Shown piece by piece: positions 10,861 to 22,857 of a stretch of 64,000 bases of DNA. The position numbers were made by a program, and so were the translations under genes. Every line of letters starts with the position of its first letter. Positions within the stretch are counted from its first letter, which is position 1. This DNA is from a virus (Duplodnaviria; Heunggongvirae; Uroviricota; Caudoviricetes): IMG/VR virus record IMGVR_UViG_3300031867_000007, positions 64,001 to 128,000 of that record; one strand, 5' to 3'. The notes below the pieces were generated by a model, which did no database searches, was not told the DNA's origin, and saw only the letters and a list, made by a program, of their open reading frames with translations.

Positions 10861-11113
10861 ACCCCTCCCTAATAATTTTTATTTATTTTTTATTTATATA
10901 TATTATAACATTTTTTTTAAATTTTGTCAATAGTTTTTCTAAAAAAAATTTTTAAAAATTTAAGTGCGGCAGCCAGGTATCATGCAACATTAGTCTAGAT
11001 CAAAAATCATATACCGACCTCCCGCATAAAAAAAGATAGGATAACCTTTTTCAGATTACCCTGTCCGCACTCTGCGCCACTCATTTTTTATAGTTGTTAG
11101 AGTCAACTGTTTG

Positions 11114-11494
11114 CTATTCTGCTATTGCTACACTAAAGTATGCTTTTTTCTTTATTTCTTCACGTGATATTTTTTCTGCGTCAACTAGTTTCTTTACAAG
11201 AGCAGATACTTTTTGTGGAGAAGTAATTTTATCGTTTTTTACTACTTCATAAATTTCAGTTACAGTTATTGGTTTTTCAGCCTCAGCAATTGCGTTGTAT
11301 ATAATTTCAACTAATTCTTCGTTAGCTTTTTGTACTTTTGTTTGTCCGTTTCTTTTCTTTGAAACTAATTCAATTTCGTGATTTAAGAATTCTACTATTG
11401 TTTCTGCATCTTGAATGTTAGCTCCTTCTACAATCTCAATTAATCTTCCAAACATTTCTTTTTTTGTTACTTTTTTTGCATTTTCCATAATCAA
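11114..11494 (-). CDS. putative winged-helix protein, paralog family A
   Basis: HEIEL..QTKVQK..QKVSA..KKKAYF. Confidence 0.75.
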   Translation of the reverse strand: MIMENAKKVTKKEMFGRLIEIVEGANIQDAETIVEFLNHEIELVSKKRNGQTKVQKANEELVEIIYNAIAEAEKPITVTEIYEVVKNDKITSPQKVSALVKKLVDAEKISREEIKKKAYFSVAIAE

Positions 11495-11610
11495 TCACCA
11501 TTACCTTTCTTTTATATTTTGAGTTATTATTTATAGTTGTTAACTCTTTACCAACTTTATTTTTATTATATCTCTTCTCTTTTGTTAATATAATTATAAC
11601 AAAATTTTTA

Positions 11611-11814
11611 TTAAAAATCAATAAGATTCTTTAATGCTTCTGCTGACATTTTTACATCATTTGTGCAAACAGGACAAGTAATATATGCAGTTTGAAATAA
11701 TCCAAATAAACTTGATTTAAGAAATAAATTTTGACGTGCTATTTTTAAAGTGGTATCACATATTGGGCATTCACCAATTATTTCTTTATCAGAACCCTTA
11801 CTCAAAATCTCCAT
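11611..11814 (-). CDS. small Zn-ribbon protein
   Basis: CPIC and CPVC. Confidence 0.65.
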   Translation of the reverse strand: MEILSKGSDKEIIGECPICDTTLKIARQNLFLKSSLFGLFQTAYITCPVCTNDVKMSAEALKNLIDF

Positions 11815-11849
11815 TTTATACCCTCCCTACTTATAATAATTTGATGCAT

Positions 11850-12403
11850 ATTAGCCATCCTTCTGAATGTTTCCCGGCGGCAACCACGTGGAGGTTTGCA
11901 TCATATACTACCGCCATTTGAAGTTGTTTGAGGAGTCATTTCTAAAACCTCACTCAGTCTTCTCCTGAGTTGATAGTCCGATAACGCAGATACTATTTAC
12001 CACGATACTTATACTACTCTAAGCATGGAGCTCTGGTCTACCTTTCCAGAAAGGGAAACTACTCTTTTATTAATCGCTCAAGTTCTCCCATTGCGATAGA
12101 AATTTTTCCCGCGGGTTTGCTAGGTTTTATGTTTTTGTCCTAGCTATAACGAGTTTATGTACACTCCCCGTCAGTTTTTTGATTGAGTTCTTTTATATCC
12201 TGTCGTTCAATCAACCAACAGCGAAGGTTTATCATTGTTCTTAGTACAAACACTAGCCTACAAAAGCTTAAACTAATCCCTATTCAGCCTTGTTTTGGGA
12301 CAAGGTCGAAATCAGTTTTTGAAGCCTTAACCCTTGCGGTGGTTACAAGCGTTGCCGCAATCGCCGCCATCTTATATTTAACGACCTAGATGAATCAGTC
12401 AAG
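11850..12403 (-). ncRNA. large structured ncRNA candidate (ROOL/GOLLD class possible)
   Basis: About 550 nt, GC-elevated, no credible ORF, own TTGATT/TATAAT promoter. Confidence 0.5.
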
Positions 12404-12606
12404 ATTTTTTATTTCTTCTTTTCTTTTTCTATATATATTATATTATAATTTTTTATAATAATCAATTTTTATCTCTTTACTAGAGTAGAACCTTTAAGAA
12501 CTCTAGAAACTCTTTTTTCCAACTAACTGGAAGGCTTAGTATTTTTTATCTTTCTATATGTATATTATAACATTATTTTTTAATAAAATCAATTAAGTTT
12601 TTATTC

Positions 12607-12987
12607 TTATTGTAGATAATCTATTCCTCTATAAAGAGAGATCATATCATTTATTGTATAACAAACTTCTCCATATTTCATTTCATCGCCCCAATTTTCT
12701 TCTCTTTCTATATCATCCCATTCTTCACCAATTCTAAGAAATTTATATGGTTTATCTTCATCAGATAACTTTCCTAAAAATTCTTCAATAGCTTGAACTT
12801 CTGAAAAACTGTCATACCATTTTAACCAATCCCAATATAAAGATATAGCATCTTCTTTCTCTCTTACTGTAGCTACTTTTAATAAATCTAACAAATCTTG
12901 ATTACTTTCATCAAATTTTTTTAATAATTCATAATCCTCTTTTCTCATTGCTATTGCAACTTCACTTCTATAACTCATATTTATCAC
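12607..12987 (-). CDS. hypothetical phage protein
   Basis: ORF with RBS; WLKWY..FLRIGEEWDD. Confidence 0.75.
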   Translation of the reverse strand: MINMSYRSEVAIAMRKEDYELLKKFDESNQDLLDLLKVATVREKEDAISLYWDWLKWYDSFSEVQAIEEFLGKLSDEDKPYKFLRIGEEWDDIEREENWGDEMKYGEVCYTINDMISLYRGIDYLQ

Positions 12988-13172
12988 TTTCCCTTCTTTT
13001 CTTTTTCTATAATAATTATATAATAATTTTATTTAATAATCAATTTACATCTTTTTCCTATTTTATAAGGAAAGGGGGCTGTTTATGATTTTTTAAATCA
13101 ACCGTAGCCAACGGATAGAAAATATTTATATGTTTAACTCTTTTCTATACTTATATTATATTATAAATTTTA

Positions 13173-13430
13173 TTAAAAATCAATATGTGTTATTTCATCA
13201 TTATTTTCTTCTAATATTTCTGTAACAATCTCTTCACCTTCGCTAAGTTCATCAACATTAATACACTCAATATAAAATTCACTATTTTTGTTTTGTAAAT
13301 CTGATATAAGCTCAGTTAATGCCTCCGCAACTTCATAAGCATATTCACAATATTCATAATCTTTTCCATCTAAGAAAATCATACTATATGGATCGCTATT
13401 TAAGTTCTCTATTCTAATACAATGTTTCAT
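13173..13430 (-). CDS. hypothetical protein
   Basis: ORF track. Confidence 0.65.
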   Translation of the reverse strand: MKHCIRIENLNSDPYSMIFLDGKDYEYCEYAYEVAEALTELISDLQNKNSEFYIECINVDELSEGEEIVTEILEENNDEITHIDF

Positions 13431-13432
13431 AA

Positions 13433-13651
13433 TTAATATTCCTCCCTATTTTCAAATATATTTTCAATAGCATCTAGGAAATTCTGTTTTGTTGCACTAT
13501 ATCCTGCAAATTTCGTTAATCTTACAACAGCTTCTATTATATCAGTTAAACTTGCATCTTCATTCATTTCTATTGTAGTATCAATATCATATGCTTGACC
13601 GCCTACATCTTCAAAATAATAAGGCTCACTTTTAAATATAAATTTAATCAT
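13433..13651 (-). CDS. hypothetical protein
   Basis: ORF with promoter and RBS. Confidence 0.65.
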   Translation of the reverse strand: MIKFIFKSEPYYFEDVGGQAYDIDTTIEMNEDASLTDIIEAVVRLTKFAGYSATKQNFLDAIENIFENREEY

Positions 13652-13723
13652 ATTATATATACCTTCCTTTCTTATTTTCTATATATATTATATAATATAT
13701 TTAATAAAAAATCAATAGATATA

Positions 13724-14233
13724 TTAGACTTTATAACTATAATCTTTTTCTACTTTATATAATATTGCTTCAGCTTTTGTTTTTTCTCTTGAAGTAAAAC
13801 CAATGCGGGAATCAGTTAAAACTAATTTATCTGAGAAATATTCTTTTATATCAAAACTTTCATCATCTAAAATGACGAAATCTACTGGATGATCTATTTT
13901 ATCTAAATATTGTTTTATTTGTTCACCTCTTTCAAGATATGTATCTTTAATAGCTATATCTTTTATTTGAATATTATATTCTTCAAGGCGTGCAGCCGCA
14001 ACTTCTCTATCTACATCATGCAATCTCCAAGAGCTAGTTAAAACCACATAAGGTTCATCATCTTTTGACCTAATATAATTACATAAATATGCTAATTGTA
14101 TTAGTGAAGATGGATCAAAAGGCACATTATTACAAAAGAAGGGATGCTTCCTATGGAATTTTTTATAGCATAATTTAGTATATTTTTCATTATTTAAAAC
14201 ACCATCTATATCTAAAAATATATATTTTTTCAT
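13724..14233 (-). CDS. HAD-family phosphatase (Swiss-army-knife RNA-repair type)
   Basis: FLDIDGVLN, TSSWR, RGEQI, ILDD. Confidence 0.8.
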   Translation of the reverse strand: MKKYIFLDIDGVLNNEKYTKLCYKKFHRKHPFFCNNVPFDPSSLIQLAYLCNYIRSKDDEPYVVLTSSWRLHDVDREVAAARLEEYNIQIKDIAIKDTYLERGEQIKQYLDKIDHPVDFVILDDESFDIKEYFSDKLVLTDSRIGFTSREKTKAEAILYKVEKDYSYKV

Positions 14234-14431
14234 ACAATCCTCCTATTAACAAGCCCATTTTTTAATTATATTGTATATTTTTTTTACCTCTTCTACATCT
14301 TCATGTTGTGTTATATAATCCAATACTTCTTGTGTCATATCTTGATACCTGTTTAATTCAGCATTAATAATATTTAAAAATTCTTCTTTACTTATTTTAT
14401 CATAATTCATATTTTTAATACCAGTCCTTTC

Positions 14432-14854
14432 TTATTTTTTATCAAGAGCATCTCTATCAATATCTATCAAACCAAATTTTTTATCTGTTGAGCCCCAAAT
14501 AAAATCTACATATTTTTCTTCTCTTAAATAATTCATGTCTATTATATGAGTAGTTTCTAAATGTATATTTAACAGCGGCAACCCCTCTAGATAAGGAAAA
14601 CTATATTTAGTATCTAATGGATTTCTTACACACCTATCATAATTATAATTATATTCATCTGGAAAATATTTTTCTCTTGGCTTTTCTAAATATTTTTCTA
14701 CTTCTTCTCTTGATATCATCCAATCTTTTAAAACTTCTTTTAATGAACAGTTGTTATAAAGATTAACACCAGTTTCAAAACTATATCTTTCGTGACATAT
14801 ACCTATTACTAACCAATCACTAACTCTTTCTAATTCTTTATCTAAATTTAGCAT
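14432..14854 (-). CDS. hypothetical protein
   Basis: ORF track. Confidence 0.65.
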   Translation of the reverse strand: MLNLDKELERVSDWLVIGICHERYSFETGVNLYNNCSLKEVLKDWMISREEVEKYLEKPREKYFPDEYNYNYDRCVRNPLDTKYSFPYLEGLPLLNIHLETTHIIDMNYLREEKYVDFIWGSTDKKFGLIDIDRDALDKK

Positions 14855-14855
14855 A

Positions 14856-15185
14856 TTATCCTATCCTCCACACATTCTTCATTTTTCTTGCAAATATTCT
14901 ATCTTTTATTTTGTCAAAAGCATAATCAATCTGACCTTCTAAAATAATATCCTGTTCCTCTTCTGTAAAATGAAAATTATCATATAAGTAAAAATCTCCT
15001 CTTTCTTTTTCATTCAAATAGCTATCTAAATTAATTTCTTCTATAATTGCTTCTACATTTAATGCTATTAAAATCTTTTCTAATATATAAGTGTCTTTAT
15101 CAATAGCTCCAATATATTGTTTATTTATAAATAACTCTGCTCCATCAAAATCTTTACTGTGTAGAATTATTATTATATTTGACAT
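14856..15185 (-). CDS. hypothetical protein
   Basis: GGAGG RBS before MSNII. Confidence 0.65.
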   Translation of the reverse strand: MSNIIIILHSKDFDGAELFINKQYIGAIDKDTYILEKILIALNVEAIIEEINLDSYLNEKERGDFYLYDNFHFTEEEQDIILEGQIDYAFDKIKDRIFARKMKNVWRIG

Positions 15186-15339
15186 ATAACCTTCCTCCTT
15201 TTTCTTTATATATTTATTATATAATAATTTTAATAAAAAATCAAAAAAGACCATTTTTAATAGTCTTTTTATTAATGCGGGAAGCCGATTACCGAACTTA
15301 TATCCAGATATGAGGAGGAAATATCGACTCCCGTCGCAA

Positions 15340-15837
15340 TTACATTATATTATACATTTTATATATTTCTACTCTATCTTTCGCAGGAATATCTTTAACT
15401 AAAGCTTCTACTTCTCTATATTTATCTACAATTTTTTCTTCTTTTTCATAAAATTCTTTTTTTAATTCTTCTATTTTTTTATGATTTTCTTCTGTTGAGT
15501 TCCAATTGTCACACAAAACAATTTTACGCATTTGTCCTTCTGCTTTATATATCTCATTAATTTCATTTTCAGTATCTTTTAATATTTTTTGAATTTTATC
15601 ACCTTTTAAAATTATTTCTTTCTTTAATTCATACTCTTCCTTATTTTTTCTAAGTTCTTGTTCTTTTTTAATTTTTAAAAATTCATTCATTTTTTTCTCT
15701 TCCTTTCTTTCATTCCATGATTTTGGTGATTGACATACACAACTACAAATATCAGTAGCAATGCCTAAAGTAGCCGCTTGATATGGCGTTTCATTAATTG
15801 TTAATGTGCAATCATTATTTAATTTAAATTCTTCCAT
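15340..15837 (-). CDS. coiled-coil hypothetical protein
   Basis: ORF; GGAGG before MEEFK. Confidence 0.65.
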   Translation of the reverse strand: MEEFKLNNDCTLTINETPYQAATLGIATDICSCVCQSPKSWNERKEEKKMNEFLKIKKEQELRKNKEEYELKKEIILKGDKIQKILKDTENEINEIYKAEGQMRKIVLCDNWNSTEENHKKIEELKKEFYEKEEKIVDKYREVEALVKDIPAKDRVEIYKMYNIM

Positions 15838-15838
15838 A

Positions 15839-17212
15839 CTAACTTTTATTATCCTCCTTATCTTTTTTATGCATATCATAATACATACAATCTTCACAAT
15901 GTTCACCGCATTTTACTACATTACTCCATGTTGGATCAAAATATTCTTCATCTATATTTTCTCCTATTGCTTTTGTACATGTAATGTCATTATCTAATTC
16001 ACACACTGGATTATCTCTTCTCCAATAATAACATTCACTGCAATAGCTTTCACAATCTCTACAGTAGTCATCTATGTATTCACAATATTCCCCTTTATAA
16101 GCTTCCTCAAAATTTTCGGCTATAAAACCGTTGCCATTATATTCTCATCCTGTTTCTTCATCATCATCATATTCATCAGAGCCGTGCATGTATTCTCCGC
16201 ATCCGCATGGACATAATATTTTTTCATTATATACTTTCCACCTTTCATCTTCAGCCTCTTTTATTTTATAAATATTTTCATAATCAAACTCATTATATCC
16301 ATATAAATTTTCTCTTTCACAATAAGTATAATCTTCCATATTACTACGTGTCCATATAGCTTCTTTATTAACTAAATTTTCAACGATTAATCTTAATTTT
16401 TTTTCAAATTCGTCACTATAAACTTTTCCAGGATAAATAGCATTAAAATGAATGGCAGTCTCTTTTGGTGAAATAGAAATCCATTGCCTCATTTTATAAT
16501 ATCTTATATTTTTAAAATCATATTGATTATATAAAGAAAATTTACCTTCTCTATTCCAAACATAAGTAATTAAAGAGCTATCATCAAGAATTGCGGCAAG
16601 GCATCCATCTGCATGACTGCTCTCTAGTTTATAACAAGAAACCCAATCATAAGGATTTTCACTAGCTAACATCATATCCACTGGGTCAATAGAAATGGTA
16701 TACTTACCTTCAATCATTTCATGTTCCCATATTCCGCCAATTCTAGTTACTAATTCATCTGGAGCTTTTAAATATTTTTTAAAAAAATGTGTCATTAAAC
16801 AGCCATCAATTTTACAGTCAGGAAAAATTCTGTTAATTACATTTTTGGTATCTAATGTAATGTCTCCACTATCAAATTTATTTGTTTTTATCCATCTGAA
16901 ACCTTCAAGCCATAGTGCAAAAGCGGGAAAATCTTTACCTAATTCTTTTAATTTTGTATATACTTCTATATCTTCATCTTTATATTGGATTCTATTATCT
17001 ACTTTTAATTTATTGCCAAGCATTTTATAAAATCTATATTTATTTTTAGCCCAAGTTAAAAGATACTCTTTTATGACATCTTCTTTTACTTCATTTATAC
17101 GCAATCCGCTAAATTGAGCAATACATTTTGTAAAATCTGGTATATTAACCTCTTTTAACATTGGTATATATTTTTCATCAACATTTTCTAATAATATATT
17201 CTTATTTAACAT
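15839..17212 (-). CDS. hypothetical protein with Cys-rich C-terminus (1 in-frame TGA)
   Basis: Frame continues past TGA 16145-16147 for about 100 Cys-rich codons; ISIDPVD..SC motif. Confidence 0.7.
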
Positions 17213-17242
17213 AATATCATCATTCCCCTTCCTATAATTTTA

Positions 17243-17722
17243 TTATCTTAAATTTTCTAAATGTTTAAATCCTTCTTTTACTAATTTTCCATAGGCATTC
17301 CAATCTTTTATATCTACTAAATAATCAGAACCAACTAAATTATATAAGTCATTATTTTCATCATACTGAAAACTTGCAATAGTCCATCTATGAGTAAAAT
17401 CTTCGTCCCACATACAAATTTCAATTTCATCTGCTTTTGCTTTTCTAGTTATAAAAGTTTGATAACCTAAAGCTAATCTTCCAATTCGCTTTATTTCATA
17501 CTCTTTCTTTTCTGTCTTATCATTTTTAACTTTACTTAAAGTATTTTCTAATCTTAATATATCTTTTCTTTGTTTCTCAATAATTTTATATAATTCTCCC
17601 TCATGTTCCTTCTCTTCTTTTTTTCTGCACCAGTTGCATAAACCATATTCATATTCTTTTAATAGACTATAACATTTTTCACAATGCGTTACGCCCATCA
17701 TAGCAAAACTCATATTTATCAT
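17243..17722 (-). CDS. hypothetical protein, N-terminal Zn ribbon
   Basis: CEKC..CNWC. Confidence 0.65.
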   Translation of the reverse strand: MINMSFAMMGVTHCEKCYSLLKEYEYGLCNWCRKKEEKEHEGELYKIIEKQRKDILRLENTLSKVKNDKTEKKEYEIKRIGRLALGYQTFITRKAKADEIEICMWDEDFTHRWTIASFQYDENNDLYNLVGSDYLVDIKDWNAYGKLVKEGFKHLENLR

Positions 17723-17771
17723 CTCCTTTTATAAATATATTATATTATAATTTTAATAAAAAATCAATAAA

Positions 17772-18469
17772 TTATAATTCAACAAAATCATTTAAAAAAC
17801 ATTTATGTTTTTCATCTAATTGAATGTCTACATGATAATGTCCGAAAAACCACTTATTATATTTTACATTATTCTTTATTTGATTTAACATTATTTCTGA
17901 TGTATGCTCTACATTGTCCTGATTTATATTTAATAAAGTAATTAAATATACCGAATATTCTTTAAATATATCATATGGACAACAGTGAGTAATTATATAA
18001 TCAACTTCATCATATTTTAAACACTTGTCTATATCTTCTTGTGTAATTGTTTCATCCTTCCACCAAGATAGATGCGGAATTCTACGAATTTTATCTACAC
18101 TATCGGCTCCGCCACAGCACAATATAGTTTTTATACCATTTTCTGTTTCGACAGTCATCTTAGTTCCTCTTGTTATATAATGAATATTTGAACTAACGTC
18201 TATTATTTTTTTATTAGGCTGATATTCTTTTAACTCTTTTAATATATCGAAATTTTCATGGTTTCCATCTATAAACCATATATGAAAATAATAATTTTTA
18301 TGATTTTCAATAATTTTTTTCATATCTACCCTATCTTTTCTCCAACATATTCCTGCATCTCCGGCAATAATAATATTAACATCTGATTGATCTAAACCGA
18401 ACTCTGTTTACCCAATCATATATTCTTTCAAAATCCCCGATGAGTATCTCCAGTTACAAACCATCTCAT
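17772..18469 (-). CDS. calcineurin-like metallophosphoesterase (2 C+GGN shifts)
   Basis: GDTH[G], GDAG, GNHE, GHYH; extra C at 18439 and 18399. Confidence 0.85.
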
Positions 18470-18592
18470 TTTTCTTATCTCCTTTTTATTTTATATATTT
18501 ATTATATCATATTTTTAATAAAAAATAAAATAGATTGCTTAAATAGCAATCTATTTTATTAATGTGCTATATCGCGTTCTACCGATCTTCCG

Positions 18593-20122
18593 CTATTTTA
18601 TATTAGCATATCTTTCACTATTAAGTTTATCCAGCATAATATCTTTACCACTTTTTCCAGTGATAACGCTTGAGAAAATTATTGGTGAGCAACCGCTAAC
18701 GAATGTTATATCTGGGTTATCAGCATCGTCTAATATAATATTATTTCGTGCATCTACATTCCAATACACTAATTTTGGCATTTTTACTCCAGCATTCTCC
18801 CATTGGTTTCTAATTTTTTGCATTTCTGTTGTTCTTTCTTCATCGCTAGTCCAATAACTTCCACAATTGATTTCCATATCGCTAATTACAATTAATTGTT
18901 CAGGTATATCTTCTACTTTAACTGCCCCATTTTTATACATTTTTAATAGCATATCAAATACAGCAGTTAAATCAGTATCTTCGCATAGATTTTGTTTATA
19001 TATTCTTGTAACTTTATCGCAAAAGTCAATACCTTCAATTTTTATTAATTGTGGTCTACTAGAAAAACTAATGAAATAATTTTTAAATGGATCTCCTATT
19101 CTTTCTCCACAATACATACCAAGAGAAATAGCAACATCAATAGGTGTAACAGTTGAATTACCATATCTTGATGTCATTGAACCAGACGTATCTACTACGC
19201 ACATTATTTTACAAGGCTCTCCATTTAAGTAGTCCTTTTGATTGCCCCAATATTTATTTAATACTTCTCTCTCAGTATCTTCGATGTTTATATTTCCGTA
19301 CCAATCTAATTTATTAGTTACTTTTTGAACTATGTCATATGGATAAAGTGTTCCCGCATTTACTTTTATTTCTTTATTGTTTATAAATTCATTATATCTT
19401 TCTGCATCTCTTCTAGCAAAAGCATTTCTATAAATTAATCCTGCCTTACTTGGTAATTTTGCATATTGTATTTCCTCCCATTTACCTTCTGACATAAGTT
19501 TTTCAACAATATTTATTCTTGAACGTAATGCAGATAAAATTTTACGATATTCTTTATTAGATAAATGAAATTCTTTTCTTGTTATTTTTGCTAATTCTTT
19601 TGTTTCCTCTGAGCTAGCATTTTCAGATTTCAACCATTTAGCTAATAAGGATACTCCTTCATTACTTCCTCTTTCAAGAGATTCTCTATCTAATTCTAAT
19701 TGATTTTTCATAATTTTAAATGCCTCTGCGGCAACATCTGCATTTACATAAGTAACAGAATATAGATCGTCCCATCTACCATATTCAGAAACATTAATTA
19801 AATTTCTTAATGCTATTTCTGGGTATTCTTTTGCTAACCATTTAAAACATACACGGAAAAATCTTCTTTCTCCTTGACCGCCTCTAATATCTCTTAAATA
19901 GAATAAGCATTTTAAAGCAAGCTCTTGATTTTCTTCAAAAGCATTCTTAAATAATAATATACAATCTTCATCCGTGCGGCTGCGGTATGCTCCACCTAAT
20001 GCGAACATATCATAAACTGCGTCTAGCGTTGATTTGTGTGCAACACCACCATTTTCTGTTAAAGTATAATTTGTTTCTCTTTTTAAACTATCTAAAAAAG
20101 TATTTTTTTCCATAAAATTCAT
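18593..20122 (-). CDS. TROVE/vWA (DUF2828, Ro60-like) protein
   Basis: TENG, RDIRGGQGERR, YGRWDDL, AKWL, vWA MIDAS DTSGSM, ISDME. Confidence 0.85.
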   Translation of the reverse strand: MNFMEKNTFLDSLKRETNYTLTENGGVAHKSTLDAVYDMFALGGAYRSRTDEDCILLFKNAFEENQELALKCLFYLRDIRGGQGERRFFRVCFKWLAKEYPEIALRNLINVSEYGRWDDLYSVTYVNADVAAEAFKIMKNQLELDRESLERGSNEGVSLLAKWLKSENASSEETKELAKITRKEFHLSNKEYRKILSALRSRINIVEKLMSEGKWEEIQYAKLPSKAGLIYRNAFARRDAERYNEFINNKEIKVNAGTLYPYDIVQKVTNKLDWYGNINIEDTEREVLNKYWGNQKDYLNGEPCKIMCVVDTSGSMTSRYGNSTVTPIDVAISLGMYCGERIGDPFKNYFISFSSRPQLIKIEGIDFCDKVTRIYKQNLCEDTDLTAVFDMLLKMYKNGAVKVEDIPEQLIVISDMEINCGSYWTSDEERTTEMQKIRNQWENAGVKMPKLVYWNVDARNNIILDDADNPDITFVSGCSPIIFSSVITGKSGKDIMLDKLNSERYANIK

Positions 20123-20256
20123 TTCCTCCTTTAATCTTTTTCAAGATTTTTATTTTATATATTTATTATAACATTATTTTTTAAAAAGGTCAAAATAATT
20201 TAAAAGTATTTTTTTATTTTTTATATAGTTTTAGAAAAGATAAAGGAGGTAATTTT

Positions 20257-20436
20257 ATGTTTTTAGTAAAACAAGGTGGAAAAGTAGATTATAATTATAA
20301 GGAATATTATTTAGATAATGAAAGTGAATTATCAAGTATTCCTGTTGGCGCATGTTGTCCAGGAAGTATTGCTTATGTTATATCTAACTCAAAGGTTTAT
20401 ATGTTAAATAATAATAAGGAATGAAAGGAGCAATAG
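20257..20436 (+). CDS. small hypothetical protein (TGA=Trp)
   Basis: GGAGG RBS; PGSIAY..YMLNNNKE-TGA-KEQ. Confidence 0.6.
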
Positions 20437-20439
20437 AAT

Positions 20440-20850
20440 ATGGATCTAGTAACGCTTGCTCTTGCTAAAAAGAGCGCAAAACAATATACAGATGATGTTG
20501 TTGAAGGTTTAGGTAAAGGTATTGTATACAAAGGTGCGGTAAACTATTATAATGATTTACCTAACAATGCTTCGGCAGGAGACTGCTATAGTGTATTATA
20601 TAAGGGAACAAGCGGAAGCGTTTCTTCAGGTGTTGAATATGTATGAGGGAAAGTAAGTGGACAAAGCTCTTTTTCTTGAATTCAATTAGGAGCAGATATT
20701 AATGATTTTGAAGATAGTTCTAATAAAGTAATTACAATAAATGAAAATTCTACTGATACACAATATCCAAGCGCGAAATGCGTTTATGATTTAATTGGCA
20801 ATGTAGAAGCATTATTGACTACATTAGATATTGGAAATGGGGTGGAATAA
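20440..20850 (+). CDS. virion/tail-associated protein (2 in-frame TGA)
   Basis: YKGAV..LP..GDCY..EYVW..WIQLG..TDTQYPSAK. Confidence 0.7.
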
Positions 20851-22478
20851 TGAGCATCGCCACAAGAATAGAAAATATAAATAATAATTTAAAAAATGCT
20901 TATGATAGCTTAGAAGATTTAGGAGTAGATTTAGAAAATACTAATAGAAATTTACAAAATTTATCTATGAAAATAGATACCCTATATAATGAATTACCTA
21001 AAGTAACTAGTGAAGGCACAGAAATAACTTTAACACCAACTAGAAAAGGTAGAATGCAATTAGATTTAAAAGGTAATACAAGTCAAGATAGTACAACAGG
21101 AAAAAATTTAGCAAATTTAAGTATTTTAAATCAAGTACCATCTACAACTAATGGAGAATTAGTTATTTTTGGCGCAGGTGTGTGTACAGAATTAATTGAG
21201 ATAGATAATACTAAAGATATTGTTTTTTCATTTAGTCAAACAGAAGATAGACAAAAATATATTATGTTTTATGGCGAAAATCAAAATTATTTAGGATATT
21301 CTATAGGAATGCAAACAGATTGGCTTTTATCAGAAAACCAAAATTATAGTAATTCTAAATATGTAAGAATAAGATTTGATAGTAAAGCAACTACAAATTG
21401 GTGTCAATTAGAATACAACTCAACTGCAACCGATTATGAACCATACACAGGAGGTCAGCCATCACCTAACCCAGATTATCCTCAAGATATTGAAGCCGTT
21501 ACGGGAAATAATCAAATTATAATAGAAGGGAAGAATATAAATAATAGTATTTTAGAATTAGGTGGATTAAATCAATGAGGGAAATATGATTTAAATAATA
21601 CTATAAGAAGTAAAGATTATGTTTCTGTAAAAAATTCAACAACTTATGCATTTTCATCTAATAAAACAATTGATTTAAATTCAGTAGGAGTTGTATTTTA
21701 TACAAAAACTAAGACATATATTAGTACTCAATATTTATATACTAATCATCCTGAATTTACTACCCCTAAGACATGTGAATATATAATGTATAAAATTGTA
21801 AATAATACAGATATAACTCAATATATACAAATTGAATTAGGCTCAGCTGTAACTACATTTGAATCTTATCAAGAACCACAAATATATCCTATAGTATTAG
21901 GAGAATTAAAATTATATAAAATTGGAGAATATCAAGATTATTTATATAAAGAAAATAGTAATTGGTATAAGTATAATGCGATAGGCAAAAAAGTATTAAA
22001 TGGAACTGAAACCTGGAGTAAAGCAGATTCTGTAATGAGTGGCAGTACAAGATTTTACGTTAATTTCAATGACATAATTAATAATTCAAACGATGTTGAT
22101 AGTGAAATTATATATGTAACTTCAAACAAATTCCAAAGTACATATTGGCTAGATATGTACCAATTAAATGTAACTAATAAATTTTTAATATCTAATATAA
22201 ACAATTCTGCTCCAAGTGTTAAAAGAATAGTTATAAGAATAGACAGCAATTTAGCAAATGATAGTGCAACACTAAAAACATGGCTATCAACTAATAATGT
22301 AATAGTTTATTATGTTAAATCAACAGGAACTACTACTCAAATAACAGACACTACTTTAATATCTCAACTAGATGCAATTGAAAAAGCTAAATCAGATGAG
22401 AATCAGACAAATATAACACAAACAAATGCGGATTTACCTTTTATTATAAGTGCTACTGCATTATTAAAAAATGATTAA
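20850..22478 (+). CDS. putative tail/receptor-binding protein (1 in-frame TGA)
   Basis: Two track ORFs joined at TGA 21576-21578; QLE..ATDYEPYTGG.PSPNPDYPQ. Confidence 0.7.
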
Positions 22479-22495
22479 TATTAGCTATTTATATA

Positions 22496-22541
22496 ATAAA
22501 AAAGAACCCTTATTTTAAATAGATAAGGGTTCTTTTTTATT
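22496..22541. terminator. bidirectional intrinsic terminator
   Basis: AATAAAAAAGAACCCTTA / TAAGGGTTCTTTTTTATT inverted repeat between convergent units. Confidence 0.75.
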
Positions 22542-22605
22542 GTCCTAAAGAAAATTAGACCCCGATAAAGGAGTCTAATTTTTTGAAAGGGAATGAATGA
22601 AAAAT

Positions 22606-22776
22606 CTAGACAAGAAGAATGTTTAAATTGCTTTCGTTAGAGCTATATTCTAACATTACCATAATAAATATAGCCTTCTACGCTTTCTTTAAAAGATAAG
22701 ATTTTCATTTACTTTCTAAAATTCATCATAACTGTATATTTGTTGTTAATAATAATAATTGCTGTTATCTTGTCTA
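22606..22776 (-). ncRNA. Y-RNA-like element (ACAGCA stem family)
   Basis: 5' AGACAAGATAACAGCAA ... 3' TCTTGTCTAG; own TTGACA/TATAAT promoter. Confidence 0.5.
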
Positions 22777-22857
22777 TTATTTATATATTTATTATATCAA
22801 AAAATTTATTTTTTGTCAAATATCTTTTATGTAATCATATTTCTCTATCTAATAACT

